From NCBI RefSeq assembly GCF_002571385.2, contig NW_019217785.1, positions 1,724,163 to 1,788,162 of the forward strand: a stretch of 64,000 nt of DNA, given 5' to 3'. Of the stretch, positions 1-12,000 are shown piece by piece. Every line of letters begins with the position of its first letter. Within the stretch, counting starts at the first letter, position 1. The notes beneath the pieces were generated by a model. It had not been told where the DNA came from, did not search any database, and worked only from the letters and a program-made list of their open reading frames with translations. Made by a program: the position numbers and the translations under genes. This stretch comes from Stylophora pistillata. Lineage: Eukaryota.

Positions 1-232
1 GAAAGCTAGACTGAAAACATTATGGAGAGGGAGCATTTGCTGTGGCGGCACCGAGACTATGGAACTTGATCCCACTTGTACTAAGATCTAGTAGTTCGAT
101 AGACATTTTTAAATGACATTTAAAAACATATCTTTTTAAACAAGCTTTTTAACTCTTTTAATTTTTAGATGATTTTTAACTTATTGATGTAAAGCACCAT
201 GGACAAATAGTGGATTGTGCACTATATAAATA

Positions 233-268
<36 letters not shown>

Positions 269-270
269 TA
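1..270 (+). mobile_element. 3' end of a CR1/L2-type LINE with (TTA)n tail
   Basis: Frame KHYGEGAFAVAAPRLWNLIP...FK*HLKTYLFKQAF is typical of the RT C-terminal region. Followed by a 3' UTR and an (ATT)n tail at about 235-265. Confidence 0.7.
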
Positions 271-696
271 CTATGGACACCTATGCTGCTTCAGGATTGG
301 GTTTCACAGCCATACCCCATAGAGGAACAGACACTGTATTAACATGCACTAAACTAACTTTTCATACAACAAAATGGATTGTTATGCTAGATGTCTGTTC
401 AAAAGAAACCAAAAAATAATAAAGACCTCTTTGGAATTGCTCAAAAACCTAGAAAACTTGTTGTGTCCAAAAATCACCCCTTAGAGCCCAAGAGAAGAAA
501 GTAGCATGTCTTGTATTTTCTAAAATTTATGACATTAACTGAACACTTTTTCCACACAAACAAAACTTGTATATTCATTTTATAGTTACTGTAACTATGT
601 GTGCAGAGGCAACCACTGTAGAGAGGTACACATGTATGTTTTTAACTTAAATAAGAGGAGCAGGGGACATTCATACACTCCTTTTTCTTAAAGCAG

Positions 697-787
697 TTTT
701 CTTAACTTTTTCAACAAGTCATACACAAGATGGCTGATTTTGTTGGTTCAATCGATGTGTGGCCTTCAGTTGGCTTTTCAGCTCAAG
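697..787 (+). CDS. Candidate upstream exon of SPG11
   Basis: Pyrimidine tract and cag acceptor, open frame FLNFFNKSYTRWLILLVQSMCGLQLAFQLK, donor AAG|gtaggt. Phase-compatible with 1634-1741. No recognised homology. Confidence 0.4.
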
Positions 788-1633
788 GTAGGTTCACAAC
801 TTACTATGTAAGTTTTTATCAGCAGTTTAAGATGAAAAATCCACATAAATTTTATTGATTCTTCATGTAGAAAGGCAAGAAGGGTGATTAGGTGCAATTG
901 TAATTTTTGTATTAAGTTTTTTAAATTGATGGTGAGGAATAAGTTTATTCTATATTGCTAGAAATCATTATCTTTGAAAACTTCATAATATTATGTGAAA
1001 AGTAATTAATTATGATTACCGGTACATTAAAGTTCACACAGCAACCAGGTGGACAATCAGACATGGTTTGATACTGCTCTGGTTTAAAGATTTAATGAAT
1101 GTAACTGGGGAAATTGTAATTCATTGACCCAGTGTTTCAACGCTCCTGTCTACTGCCTTTATCAGGGGTGATCTGATCATTGCAACAAGAGGCCCTTTTA
1201 TATGCTGACTAGTTAGCTTCCCTTTTTTCTGACGAGGTGTTAAAATAGGCATCAGGTAGTAAGCCACCATCATCATACAATACAATACAATACAAACTTT
1301 ATTGACACTCCCTAAAGAGGGTTTTTCGGTGACAACGAGTTGAGCATGATTTAAATGAGTGTGAGTTGATATGCCAAGCTTCCAAACAAAGGCGTTGGTG
1401 GTAGTGGCGATTGGTGGTGATAATTTCAGAATTATCTCACCCAATTATATGGTTAGTAAGGGATGTGTACTCCGACAAAGCTGAATTTTCTTTTTTTGCA
1501 AAAGGAGACCACTTATCTGATGCTCTCTCAAACATGTACCAAACTGACATTTGGTCTGTCTGATATACTCATGATCACAGTCATTGCATGGAATAGAATA
1601 AATGGCATGGGTTTCATTGTTCTTTCATAACAG

Positions 1634-1741
1634 GATCCTTGGGTTTGGCAAAATTATGTCCCAAAGTCTGAAAAGGTTTTAAGCAACTTTAACATTGTGG
1701 TTATTAAAAATTCTCTTGATGGGCTCCATAACACTCTGGAT
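1634..1741 (+). CDS. Candidate upstream exon of SPG11
   Basis: Acceptor aacag|, 108-nt open frame DPWVWQNYVPKSEKVLSNFNIVVIKNSLDGLHNTLD, donor gtaagg. Joining to 3092 needs a further exon that I could not identify. Confidence 0.45.
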
Positions 1742-2439
1742 GTAAGGAAACCATTTGCTGGTTCCTTCTCATCAAGATTGTTACTAGTTGTAACTGGTTT
1801 CTGGTAGTAACGGACAAATGTTTAGGTATAGCCATTTGCCTTTAGGAAAACATATTTTCTCTCCTCAACCCTGGAATCAAGTGAAGATGGTAGACAGTCA
1901 GCCCTCCTGAGTAAAGTTATAGCTATGGACTTTTTATGGCAAATAGGGTGGTGAGAGTCAAAAGCAAGATATTTGTTGGGTGGGTTTGTAATAAACACTT
2001 GTCTCTAGTTTCTCCTGTTCCTCTTAGCACAGATTTAAATCAGGAAAGAGCAAGTGTCTATCATTTTCGCACTCAAGGGTGAATTGGATAGACAGCTCCA
2101 CTGAATCCAAATGTAATAGGGGGTGTTCTGCTTCATTTCTGGATACTGCTGAAATGAAATCATTGACATATCATTTCCAGAACAAGGGTTTAACTGGTGA
2201 AGTGGCTAAAGCCCTTTGTTCTAGATCTTCCCATTACCATAATTATTAGCAATGACAGCAAGGACAGGTGAACCCATAGCTGTACTAAAGACCTGTTGAT
2301 AGTGATTGTTGCATTAAGCAAAATTTGGAAGGGATGATGAAAACCATATGCTGCCCATTATAGGAATGCTTTTCTGTAGATTTTTGCTTATTCATCAGTA
2401 CTACCCTACTAACAGCTTTCATCAGTACTACATTACTAA

Positions 2440-2855
2440 CAGTACTAAACCTCTCGCGAGCAAGCATGAATACCTACGTACAAGCGTACTAACTACAACT
2501 CTCGAACGAGCAGGAATACCTACGTACTAGCGTACTTACTACACCTCTCGAGCGAGCAAGCATGAATACCTACGTACTAGCGTACTAACTACAACTCTCG
2601 AACGAGCAGGAATACCTACGTACTAGTGTACTAGTGTACTAACTACAGCTCTTGAGCAAGCATAAATACCTACGTACTAGCGTACTAACTAAACCTCTCA
2701 AGCGAGCAGGAATACCTACGTACTAGCGTACTAGCGTACTAAGTAAACCTCTCCAGCAAGCATGAATACCTACGTACTAGCGTACTAACTAAACCTCTCG
2801 AGCGAGCAGGAATACCTACGTACTAGCGTACTAGCGTACTAAGTAAACCTCTCGA
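2440..2855. repeat. Minisatellite, 8 units of about 46-54 bp with core AATACCTACGTACTAGCGTACT
   Basis: Cores at about 2468, 2515, 2565, 2611, 2664, 2711, 2765 and 2811. Units alternate between GCATG(A)- and GCAGG-leading types. Confidence 0.9.
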
Positions 2856-3091
2856 GGGACGTCACATTACCCGCTAGAGCCATTCCTGTTTAAACTCGGT
2901 CGTGGGGCAAGATGGCGGCCGATTTTCTGTATTTTGACTGGGCACAGAAAATTGAAGATTTGAGCAAATAAAAATTTTTTTGCACAGAAATACTCCAAAA
3001 AATATGCTTATTTTGTTAAGCAAAAAAAATTTGGGGGTTTAGGTGCACTTTAAAAGACAGTGCCTTACTATCAGAGCTCATTTTTTTTCAG

Positions 3092-6000
3092 ATTATGTTG
3101 CAGTCCAAGAGAGACCAACTTTTGTATACTTAGAAGTATCTGATGATCTCTCCTTTCTTGTTTGTGCTGATGGTAACAGCAATATTTTTGTGGTAAACCT
3201 TGATGAACATTTTAAAGAGTTCCCTTCTCAGCAGATTGGTCCAACCCACTCTAGGATCAAAGGTCCTTCTTTTTCATGCGTAAAGTTTCAGTATGAATTA
3301 GGAGATGAAGATTCTGTGGCCCGTAATGCAGAAATGTCTGATATTGCCTATGGGGACAGGGTGTGGAAAACAGAGATATTGGCTTTCAGGAAGGGTGCAA
3401 AGCAAGCCTGCTGTGAAAAGGGTACAGGTGGGAGTCAGCTATGAATGTGGTTTTTATTAAATTAAAATGTGAAACATGATCATTTGAATTTTGCATGAAC
3501 CTGAAAAAAATCAGACATTGTGCATGATGTGTGAAAGGTGAAGTGGGACAGAGGGGCAGGAGCCTGGGAGAACAGGGGGCGGGAGAGGGAGGGAAGCGGG
3601 AGAACAGAGGGCAGGAAACAGTATCTACATGAGGGTGGGAAGCAGGAGCAGAAATAAATAAGGTGATAGTTTGTTGTTTATTACTGGGTATTATTCAGTC
3701 AAAGACACTTATCTAGTAAAGTTTTGAAAATTCCATTTAACATCCACCAATGCCTAAAAGAAAATTTTGGAGGTAAGAAAACGTAAATTTGTACTCGGGC
3801 TGGAAAAACAGCATTACTTCTGGTGAATTTGGAAATCCCTTCAATTTGGTTTTATCATTGATCATGAGATGGCATGACATGTACAGTGTCTGGTAAGCTA
3901 TAGCTGTCAAAAATCTCCAGCAAAGAAAGCAATTCAGGGTCATTCAGGTCAAATGTCATCAAAGACTTTATCAATCAGCTTCAGAATTTTTTGTTGTGGC
4001 CATGAAAAAATCTGTTCATGGAAGACCTTGGGAGCTTGCTCTGTACAACGGCACAATCCCAAAAAAAAGATTCTCCTGGTTAACCTGAAGACAGGAGCAA
4101 CACAATGAAGGGCGGGAGTTGGGAGGCAAAGGGGCATAAAAGTACCAGATGCAGGAGAACATGGCGTGGGAAGTGGCAGACTCTGACCCCCTGTCCCCCC
4201 TCTCCTGAAAAGGCCAAATATTTCTACTTGACTTAGCTTTACAAAGGGTATAGGGGACCCTCTTATAAGGTAATGTTAACTAAATCCAAAGCAGAAACAT
4301 CATGTAAACTTAGTGGTGGTGGCTGTGACAGTTATAGCTTTCTTTCTCAGATTCCTCTATACCTATGACATCTGATATCTGACATTTTGTTTGCTTCTTT
4401 TCCTAGATGTAAGCCATTTTTGTAAGCCAACAGTGAAGAAAAGGTGGTTTTCTGATCTAGTTGGTCCTGATGTTGGAAATCTGTTGGTTGCATTGAGTAG
4501 TTGTGGTAAACAAACCGCAAAAAGCTGTAGCAACATGAGTGGATTTAAAGGAGAAAAGGGGGAGGCTGAAGAGACTCAACCTGAAGTATTGCCATCCCAT
4601 GAGATTTTACAGAAAACCATTTTTGTTAAATGTGAAGACTGGATGAAAATGTACAAGTTGGAGGGAATATGGGCGACTCCAGCTTCATTCTTACTCTGTT
4701 TCAAACCAGAGAGACTAATGGAAAATCCAAGTGATGTTCCCCATGGTGTTCTGTGTTTGTTTTCTTTGAAAACTCAAAAATATCTCTACCACTGGTAAGC
4801 TATTTAACTTTTTTTAATAACAGAGTCTATATAGTTTAAGTTTCTAAAGTTTGTATACTTTGTTATTAGTTGCTAAAGCATGGTAAAAAGTGTAGTCATA
4901 ATTTTATTGTGTCTATTAGGAAAGGTTAAGTGAGGTGTTATCGTCTTACCAGGGTTCTTCTTTCAAAAGACAACTTTGAAGTTGAACAACCCATAAAAGA
5001 TAATACTTTAGGCACACCTATTTTCTCGGTTCTTTCCCTCCATCTATGAGGTGCTGCAAAAATAATTTACTCTTAATTTTGAGGTTGTGACAACAGACAA
5101 ACAAGAAATGTACTGGTTTAATTCCAAACTTCTTTAATTTGCAGGTGTTTGGAACCTTCAGTGATAGTACAAAGTTGTGAACCAGCATTTCCAAATCTGG
5201 TGCTCACAAGCACATCCCTGGCAGTACCAGCTTTTGATATTAGTCAAGATCAGCTTGTCCATAAAGTAATGAATGTGTTTCAATCATCAGCTGAATAATT
5301 AGTTATCTTTCTTCTTGTTTTAGCCAGGAGAATTATCTTGTTTAAAGAAAGAATGCTAAGAGGATGTGTCAAAGCNNNNNNNNNNNNNNNNNNNNNNNNN
5401 NNNNNNNNNNNNNNNNNNATATATATATATATATATATATATAACTAACTGCAGACAGTACTGTTTCGGCCTTCTGGGCCTCATCAGTGCAGTGCTAATG
5501 CTAGGATGGGGGAGAACCGAGACGGTCACCCCAAACGACCCAACCTTTGTGGTATCGTCTAAGCCATGCCAGAGTGCTCAAACTAGAGTAAACCAGTTTA
5601 TAACTATGTATATAACATTTTATATACAGTATAAAATGTTATATAACTATGCAATGAAAAATTCTTTTAACAGAGTTATAACTCTCTCATTTGGTGGCTA
5701 TTTTTGACTCCTTTTTAGGAATGGTCTTAGGTGGAAAATGTTGATGGAAACTTTGCTCTACTGTTTTGTAGGTAATTATGTACGAGAATGCAGTGCTGGC
5801 AGACTCTCTTTGCTTTGTGAATCAGTGGGATCATTGTACCATTCCAATTCATGCTTTAGAAGTGGCCTTAAAACTAAGGCAACTCGACACAGTTGCCTTT
5901 TTTTTAAAAAACCAGGACAAAGGCAAGAACCGAGCTCTAAAATGTCATGTTAGAATTTATAATACAGCAATTAATGTTAAATCTTTTAAACTTTTTGAGA

Positions 6001-9000
6001 AATGGGTTTAGATGTAGAGAGGATATCACCTGGTGTTTTTTCAGAGATGTGTACTACTTAGACAAACGACAGTCCATATTTTCTGGTTTTCATAGCATCA
6101 TCAACTGAAGCAGAGTGTACATGTTGGGAGAACCCAAGAAAAGCTTGTAAGCCTTTAGTTTGCAAGGGAAGGGATTTTAATCTGCCTTTACTATCAACAT
6201 TTTTATTATTTGAAATACCAATCTGTTTATAAAATAAATCTTCCATGGTTTGATGATTTGCCTACTCTCTTTCAGCTTTCACAAACAGATGTGCTGCTCT
6301 CTACTCTTCATCAGACTCTGTATTGTCTTTAAATTCAGCATCATCACCATCTGGTGAAGGTGTACTGGGTACCACTGATGTGGTGGCAGTTACAGAGGCC
6401 CTTGTTGGTGCTGTCAACTACAATAGTCAGCGTAAGTGAGGAACATTGCACTTTTGATCTCTACTTGTATGGGTACAAAAGTGGAGGAGTGTGCCACAAT
6501 GGGAATCAACCATTATTTTAAAACAAATTGATATTCACTAAGAAGTAATAATTTTTTTCCAAAAGCAAAAAATAACCTACATCAGTTCTCATGCTGATTC
6601 CTTTTGAATAGATGAGGACAAATAACATGAAGTAGTTGAAAGGTGTTTGGCAAGGAGAGATCTGTGGTGAACAGCTGTGTTTCTGGGAACCCTCAGTTAG
6701 TGTTCTTAACAGTCTCGTGTATTTCAATTGATTTTGTGATGGTTTTTTAGTCATGCATATGCGGTTTTGTTTGTACAGGACACACCTTGATTTTATGACT
6801 TGATTTGGATTGGCTAGTTTTGTATCAAATTACTTGTATATAGTTTCTGACACTTTGAGACTAGCAGATAAGAAAAAGGTTTAATTTACAATACAGGTGT
6901 GGTTCTTTTATGACTTTATGAAAGTTATATTTTAATAGATACACTTTACTCTAAGATGACATTTTTTTTCCAGAACAACACTACCAGCATTTCACAAGGC
7001 AACTTGCACAGATGACCCTAAGTTACCTTCACAACCTAATGGAAGATGGAGCAAAGCTGTTAGAGGGTGAAGTTCGTAAAGAGACTGCTATTGTGCATGA
7101 AACTGATCAAGTTATATGTACTTCATTACATCAGGAAATTAAAGATTGCCTCGATTTTCTGACTCTAAGCATTGTGAAGCTTCAAAGCCATCTCAGCAAC
7201 ATTCCTTTGGATGATGCTCAAAGTTTTGAAAATGTGGATTATGATCCAATGTCTTTTGCCAGATTGGATGCAGATGAGGAAGATGGATCCATGACAAGGT
7301 GGAACAAAATGAAGGATGAGGTATTGTAATCATGAGTTTGTTATTTTGTGAACTGTAGATGTATCAAACTCTGAAAAGATTTTTTGATTTTTGAGACTTG
7401 GAGACACACGTGCTTGACCCTCATCAATTAATTCTCCAGCCTTTACAAGCAAAATATTGAATGATAGAATTTACAAGAAATGAGAAGACCACAAACAACC
7501 TGTAACCTTGAAAAATGTTGGTTTTGGAAGTGACTACGTAGTTACATGGGAAGTTCTGTTACCATGTTAGCAGCCTCCAAGAGTAAAATAATGGTTTTAC
7601 CTTGTGATGTTGCTTTAACAATGCTGCCAATCCCATCTTGGATCCCAGGAGGGATTGGTGGGATCCAGCTTAAATTTTGGCTGCCTTTTTCCCTAATAAT
7701 GAGAATTGGTTGCTGCTCAGTTTTGATCCATTCTTTTCATAAATAAATTCCATACCCTTAAAAGACAAATACCACATCTTGTATTCATTGTATATTAGGG
7801 TACAAAGTTAATCACTGATTATGGTTATTTTGCTGTAATGTCATAACCTTTCCTTTACTTGCAAGGATATTGTTGAAGATGCCATTGCCAGGAGACACAT
7901 TTGTTCAGCTCAAGCATTTTTCCAGAGCAGGAGACCTGTTCAGCTGGTATATCCAGAATTTTCAAAGCAATTATTTACTACATGTATGCTTTGCTTAAGC
8001 TTATGTAGGGGCTTGCTTACAGCCAATTGTCTGGTTTGTCATGACAGAGTTACACTGTTTAAGGTCTGTAAGGGCTCTATTTGGGATAGTAGGCTTTGGT
8101 GGCTGAGCATTTGACTTTTAATGTCCACATGCACAAGGTTAACCTTCGTGGCCAAAGACTTGATCTCAGTAATAATTTCTGTGACGGGAATGTTGGTTGA
8201 TGTTACAACAAAATTCAATCCTTTCTTGTGTCATGGAAACCTTAAAGCAATATTACATTTAATGGATACAATGTGCATCAATGGTGACACATTGCCTTTC
8301 AACCTCATTGCCTAATGCAGATTAGCATTATAACAGTGGAAATTAAACACTATGATCATCAATTGATAGCTTGACCCTTCCTAAGACATTATATTATATA
8401 TTCATTCATGATAATGTTTTTTATTAAGCTACCATAAACTAACTCACCTTTTAATACTTTGGAGTGGTCAACCTTTTGTAAATTTTAAATTAAAGGTTCT
8501 CATAGTTAATGAATAGCCAGACTATATCACTAGACTGTTACAAGTGGATGTTTTGCTGATGAGAGGTCATGCTTATTAGAATTATATTCAGCCCTCAGAA
8601 CACGAAACTGTTCATTGTGATGGCTCCCTTTCAAGCTTCATACAAGTTGGTCTTCAAGTGATTTTTAAAAGACTTATTGATCATGACATGGAAACTGTGA
8701 CAACCCTGTTAACAAACATGGTAGGTTTGACTTCAACAAAACAAGCATTTCGTTTTAGTCTCTTAGAGTTCTTTTCCTAAAACCACACAGGAATTTTCTC
8801 CTTTTTAGCAAGAACAGTATTATCAGACTTCTGTAAAAGTGTAGTGCAATTTTCTGGCTGAGTGTACTCCTGAGAAGGACTGTTCAGTGTCGGTGGTGGT
8901 AACTGACATTTGACAACCTGTGTTGAAATCATCATCAGAGTCATCATCTGACTTCTGTAGTTAATCAGACAAATAAAAAATTGATGTATATTTTTCAAAT

Positions 9001-12000
9001 TATCTAATTAGCTTCTTCCCTTTTAAAAGCAGATGATAATCATGGCAGTCATGAACTGGTACATGACTATATTTACTTCCAATTTAAACTATTTCTTTCA
9101 GGGGCGGGACATTTGGCAACAGCTTCATAAAGTTTGTTTGTACACACTTCACAGACCTCTTAGAGATTTTCTGGTGAGGCCTCTTTGAAATTAGCAGAAA
9201 CAGTTTCCAGGGAATCAATATATGTAATAAGAGTGAAACTGTAAAGCTGATCAGAACATGTCACTTTTATACAAGGTTCAATCAGCCTTTTGCTTGTAGT
9301 CCATCACTAGCTTGCCTATTTCTTTTTCCCATATTGAATGACCATGATTAATCTAGTTCCTTGGCTGTTCTGCTCATCCAGAGGATCTTGACTTGTGAAG
9401 TACAATGTAGGAAGAAAGTTGTTAAAATGACCAAATGCCTAGTGGTGTACTGAATTGTTACTACTTAGCCAAATGCAAAAGTATAGATAACAATTCACAG
9501 TTTGAGTCATTGAATTTGAATATATGAAAAATCATATGTGTTGCACAACTATTGCAATTAGCACCTCAACATTTGCACCTTCATTATTCGCATCCACCAA
9601 TCACAATACATGTAATTATCACATCAGCATCTGCATGGACACAATGCCTATATAAATCTGTGGGCAGGCTTTATTAAACATTCTACTTTGAGCACAAAAA
9701 GTAGCGGTCAACATATGTGTGCACTGCGGCATTACAAAATGTATATGAAAGTGATCCTTGTGGTAATGAACACTACTTACTATGAAGTAGTGAAAATAAG
9801 GACTGAAAAAAAAATTCAGGCTCATACAGGATTCGAACCCATGCCCTCTGCAATACCAGTGCAGTGCTCTACCAACTGAACTAACAAGACAATGAGGAGC
9901 TCCCAGTTGGCTTGGTCTAAGACTGAAGTTTGTGTCCTCCAAACTAACATTCTTGAATGAATGGAACATGGTTATAACAAAATGTTTCGCCATTTCATAA
10001 TTTTTCCATCGGTAGGTGAATGAGTTAGAATCAAGAGATTTCTTACCAGCTGAAGAAAGGAATGTAGTGAAGTTTTCTCAAACCTTGGAAATTTTGTACA
10101 GTCACCAATCCTTCACAGAGGCTAAGACAAATGTGAGAATTAATTACCCAAAAGACAGGTCTGTGACAAGATTGTAATCATTATATATGCTACATTTGAC
10201 TTAGGTTATTAGATAGTGATGTAAAGATAACTGAATCCATTGTAAATGCAAATAAACACAGGCAGGATTGTGGTGTTACTTAATTATTTTTTGTCATAAT
10301 ATTATACAAGTAGCTGTGCAGTTGATCACCACATGGATGTGTTGTAAGACAAATTAATCTGGTTGCGGTGCAGTTACAGTATGGTATTTTGTATCTTAGT
10401 TGGAGGGACCTTGGACTGTTAAAAAGTTCTTTTAATCTGGGTTCAGCTCAAATCCTTGAGACTTACATTCAGAGTGGAAATTTAACACCTGTGGACCTCA
10501 ACAAACAGGTAAAATCTTCACAGATTCATTTACACTGTATAGTAGTACATAACTCACTATACAGGTACATTAGAGGACAGTATACCAAGTTTGGGCACTG
10601 TACTTGGAATTAGATGTTCTGGGTCTTTATTTGCTGGAAACAAATAATTCTTTATGGTTATCTGCACTTTTGAAATGTGAATTCCTGTGGACATATTGTG
10701 GGCAAACTACTGCATACTTGGCCAAAACCTGACAAACTTGAGCCATACAAATTAGTTCAATCAAACTGCTTTTAAGCATTTTTATATAACAGGATGCTTT
10801 TTTCTCATTTTTACAGGCAAGTAGATAATGCGTTGTGAAAGTTCATGTGTAATATGTACTCATGTTTGTATTATGCTATGATTTCACAGAATCTCTTAAG
10901 TGGTAGTGGTTATGTTGAGGTACCTCTGGCTTGGGTTTGTTCTTGGGATATGGCATCAAGACAGAGAATTTTAGCAGAGAGGGTGTTCTCAAGTAAAGGT
11001 AAGGTACCGATTTACAGAGTTTGTGTTTTTACAAGTAAATGAATGAACAAACTAAGGTAAAATGAAGAAGAAACCAGAAAGAGAGTTCCCTTCCTAACAC
11101 AGGGCACTCTACATTTAGATATGATACACAAAATATGAATGATCTAGTTCATCAGGTTAGTATACTCAGATCAAACATGCCCCCATCATCAATCCATTAT
11201 ACACTTGGTACCTGAATCTTCACAAGTTTATGATGACCAAAGTGATGGAAAGTTTCTGAGTCATTTGAGGAGTGCAATCACATAGGTGCAACTCCATAAA
11301 CACTTTTGCCTGAGTCTCTTTTAAAACAGCAAGAGAATTTCCAGCTGCTCACAGCACACAAATGAAGAGAAATAAGATAGTTACTGTTAATTGTTTTAGT
11401 ACTGGCCATGTTTGTTTGAAGAGTGGATAATGCTATCTAATGGCCAGGATAAATCTCTATCTGGTGGATCCAGGGCAGAACTTTTTGTTAGCATTAATCT
11501 GCTGAATGGCAATTTATCCATTGGATAGAATAATCCACTCTTTGAACGACTGGGCCTAGATGGTTATGCTGGTTTGTTACTTAAAAATTACTTATTAGAA
11601 GCATTCTACTAGTACATTTACAAGTATTTACCAGTCTGTGAGGAGTGATTCATTATGATCAAAATGCTTGAACTTGACTGCTACTGTATTTAAAGTATTT
11701 TCAATAACAACCTATTTTTCAGCGGGAGATTATAGTTGTCCATGCCCCAATATTGGATTAAGTTCAGATGCACTTTGGGAGTACCTTTCCTCTCATATGG
11801 ATTGGCAGACTTTGTTGTCTTGGATTAGATCAGTTGCTCATGATAACAATCCACCTCAAGATGATCCCTCACTACCTGTGCGTGGGAAATTGTGTGTTGT
11901 TAATGACTGGAACATTATTTTCCCTTCACTGCCATGTGGCATCTTCAGTCAAGGAGATTTCTGTCACAAGGTTGTCAAAACAATGATTTTGGAAGAGATT

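Noticed and set aside
2440-2855. CRISPR-like array (22-bp constant core with intervening sequence)
   Set aside because: The 'spacers' are near-identical to each other, there are no cas genes, and the context is a eukaryotic intron. It is a minisatellite.
2912-2970. ATGGCGGCC as the SPG11 start codon
   Set aside because: The frame closes before any convincing donor, and exon 3092 corresponds to an internal region of spatacsin. The motif probably belongs to a repeat.
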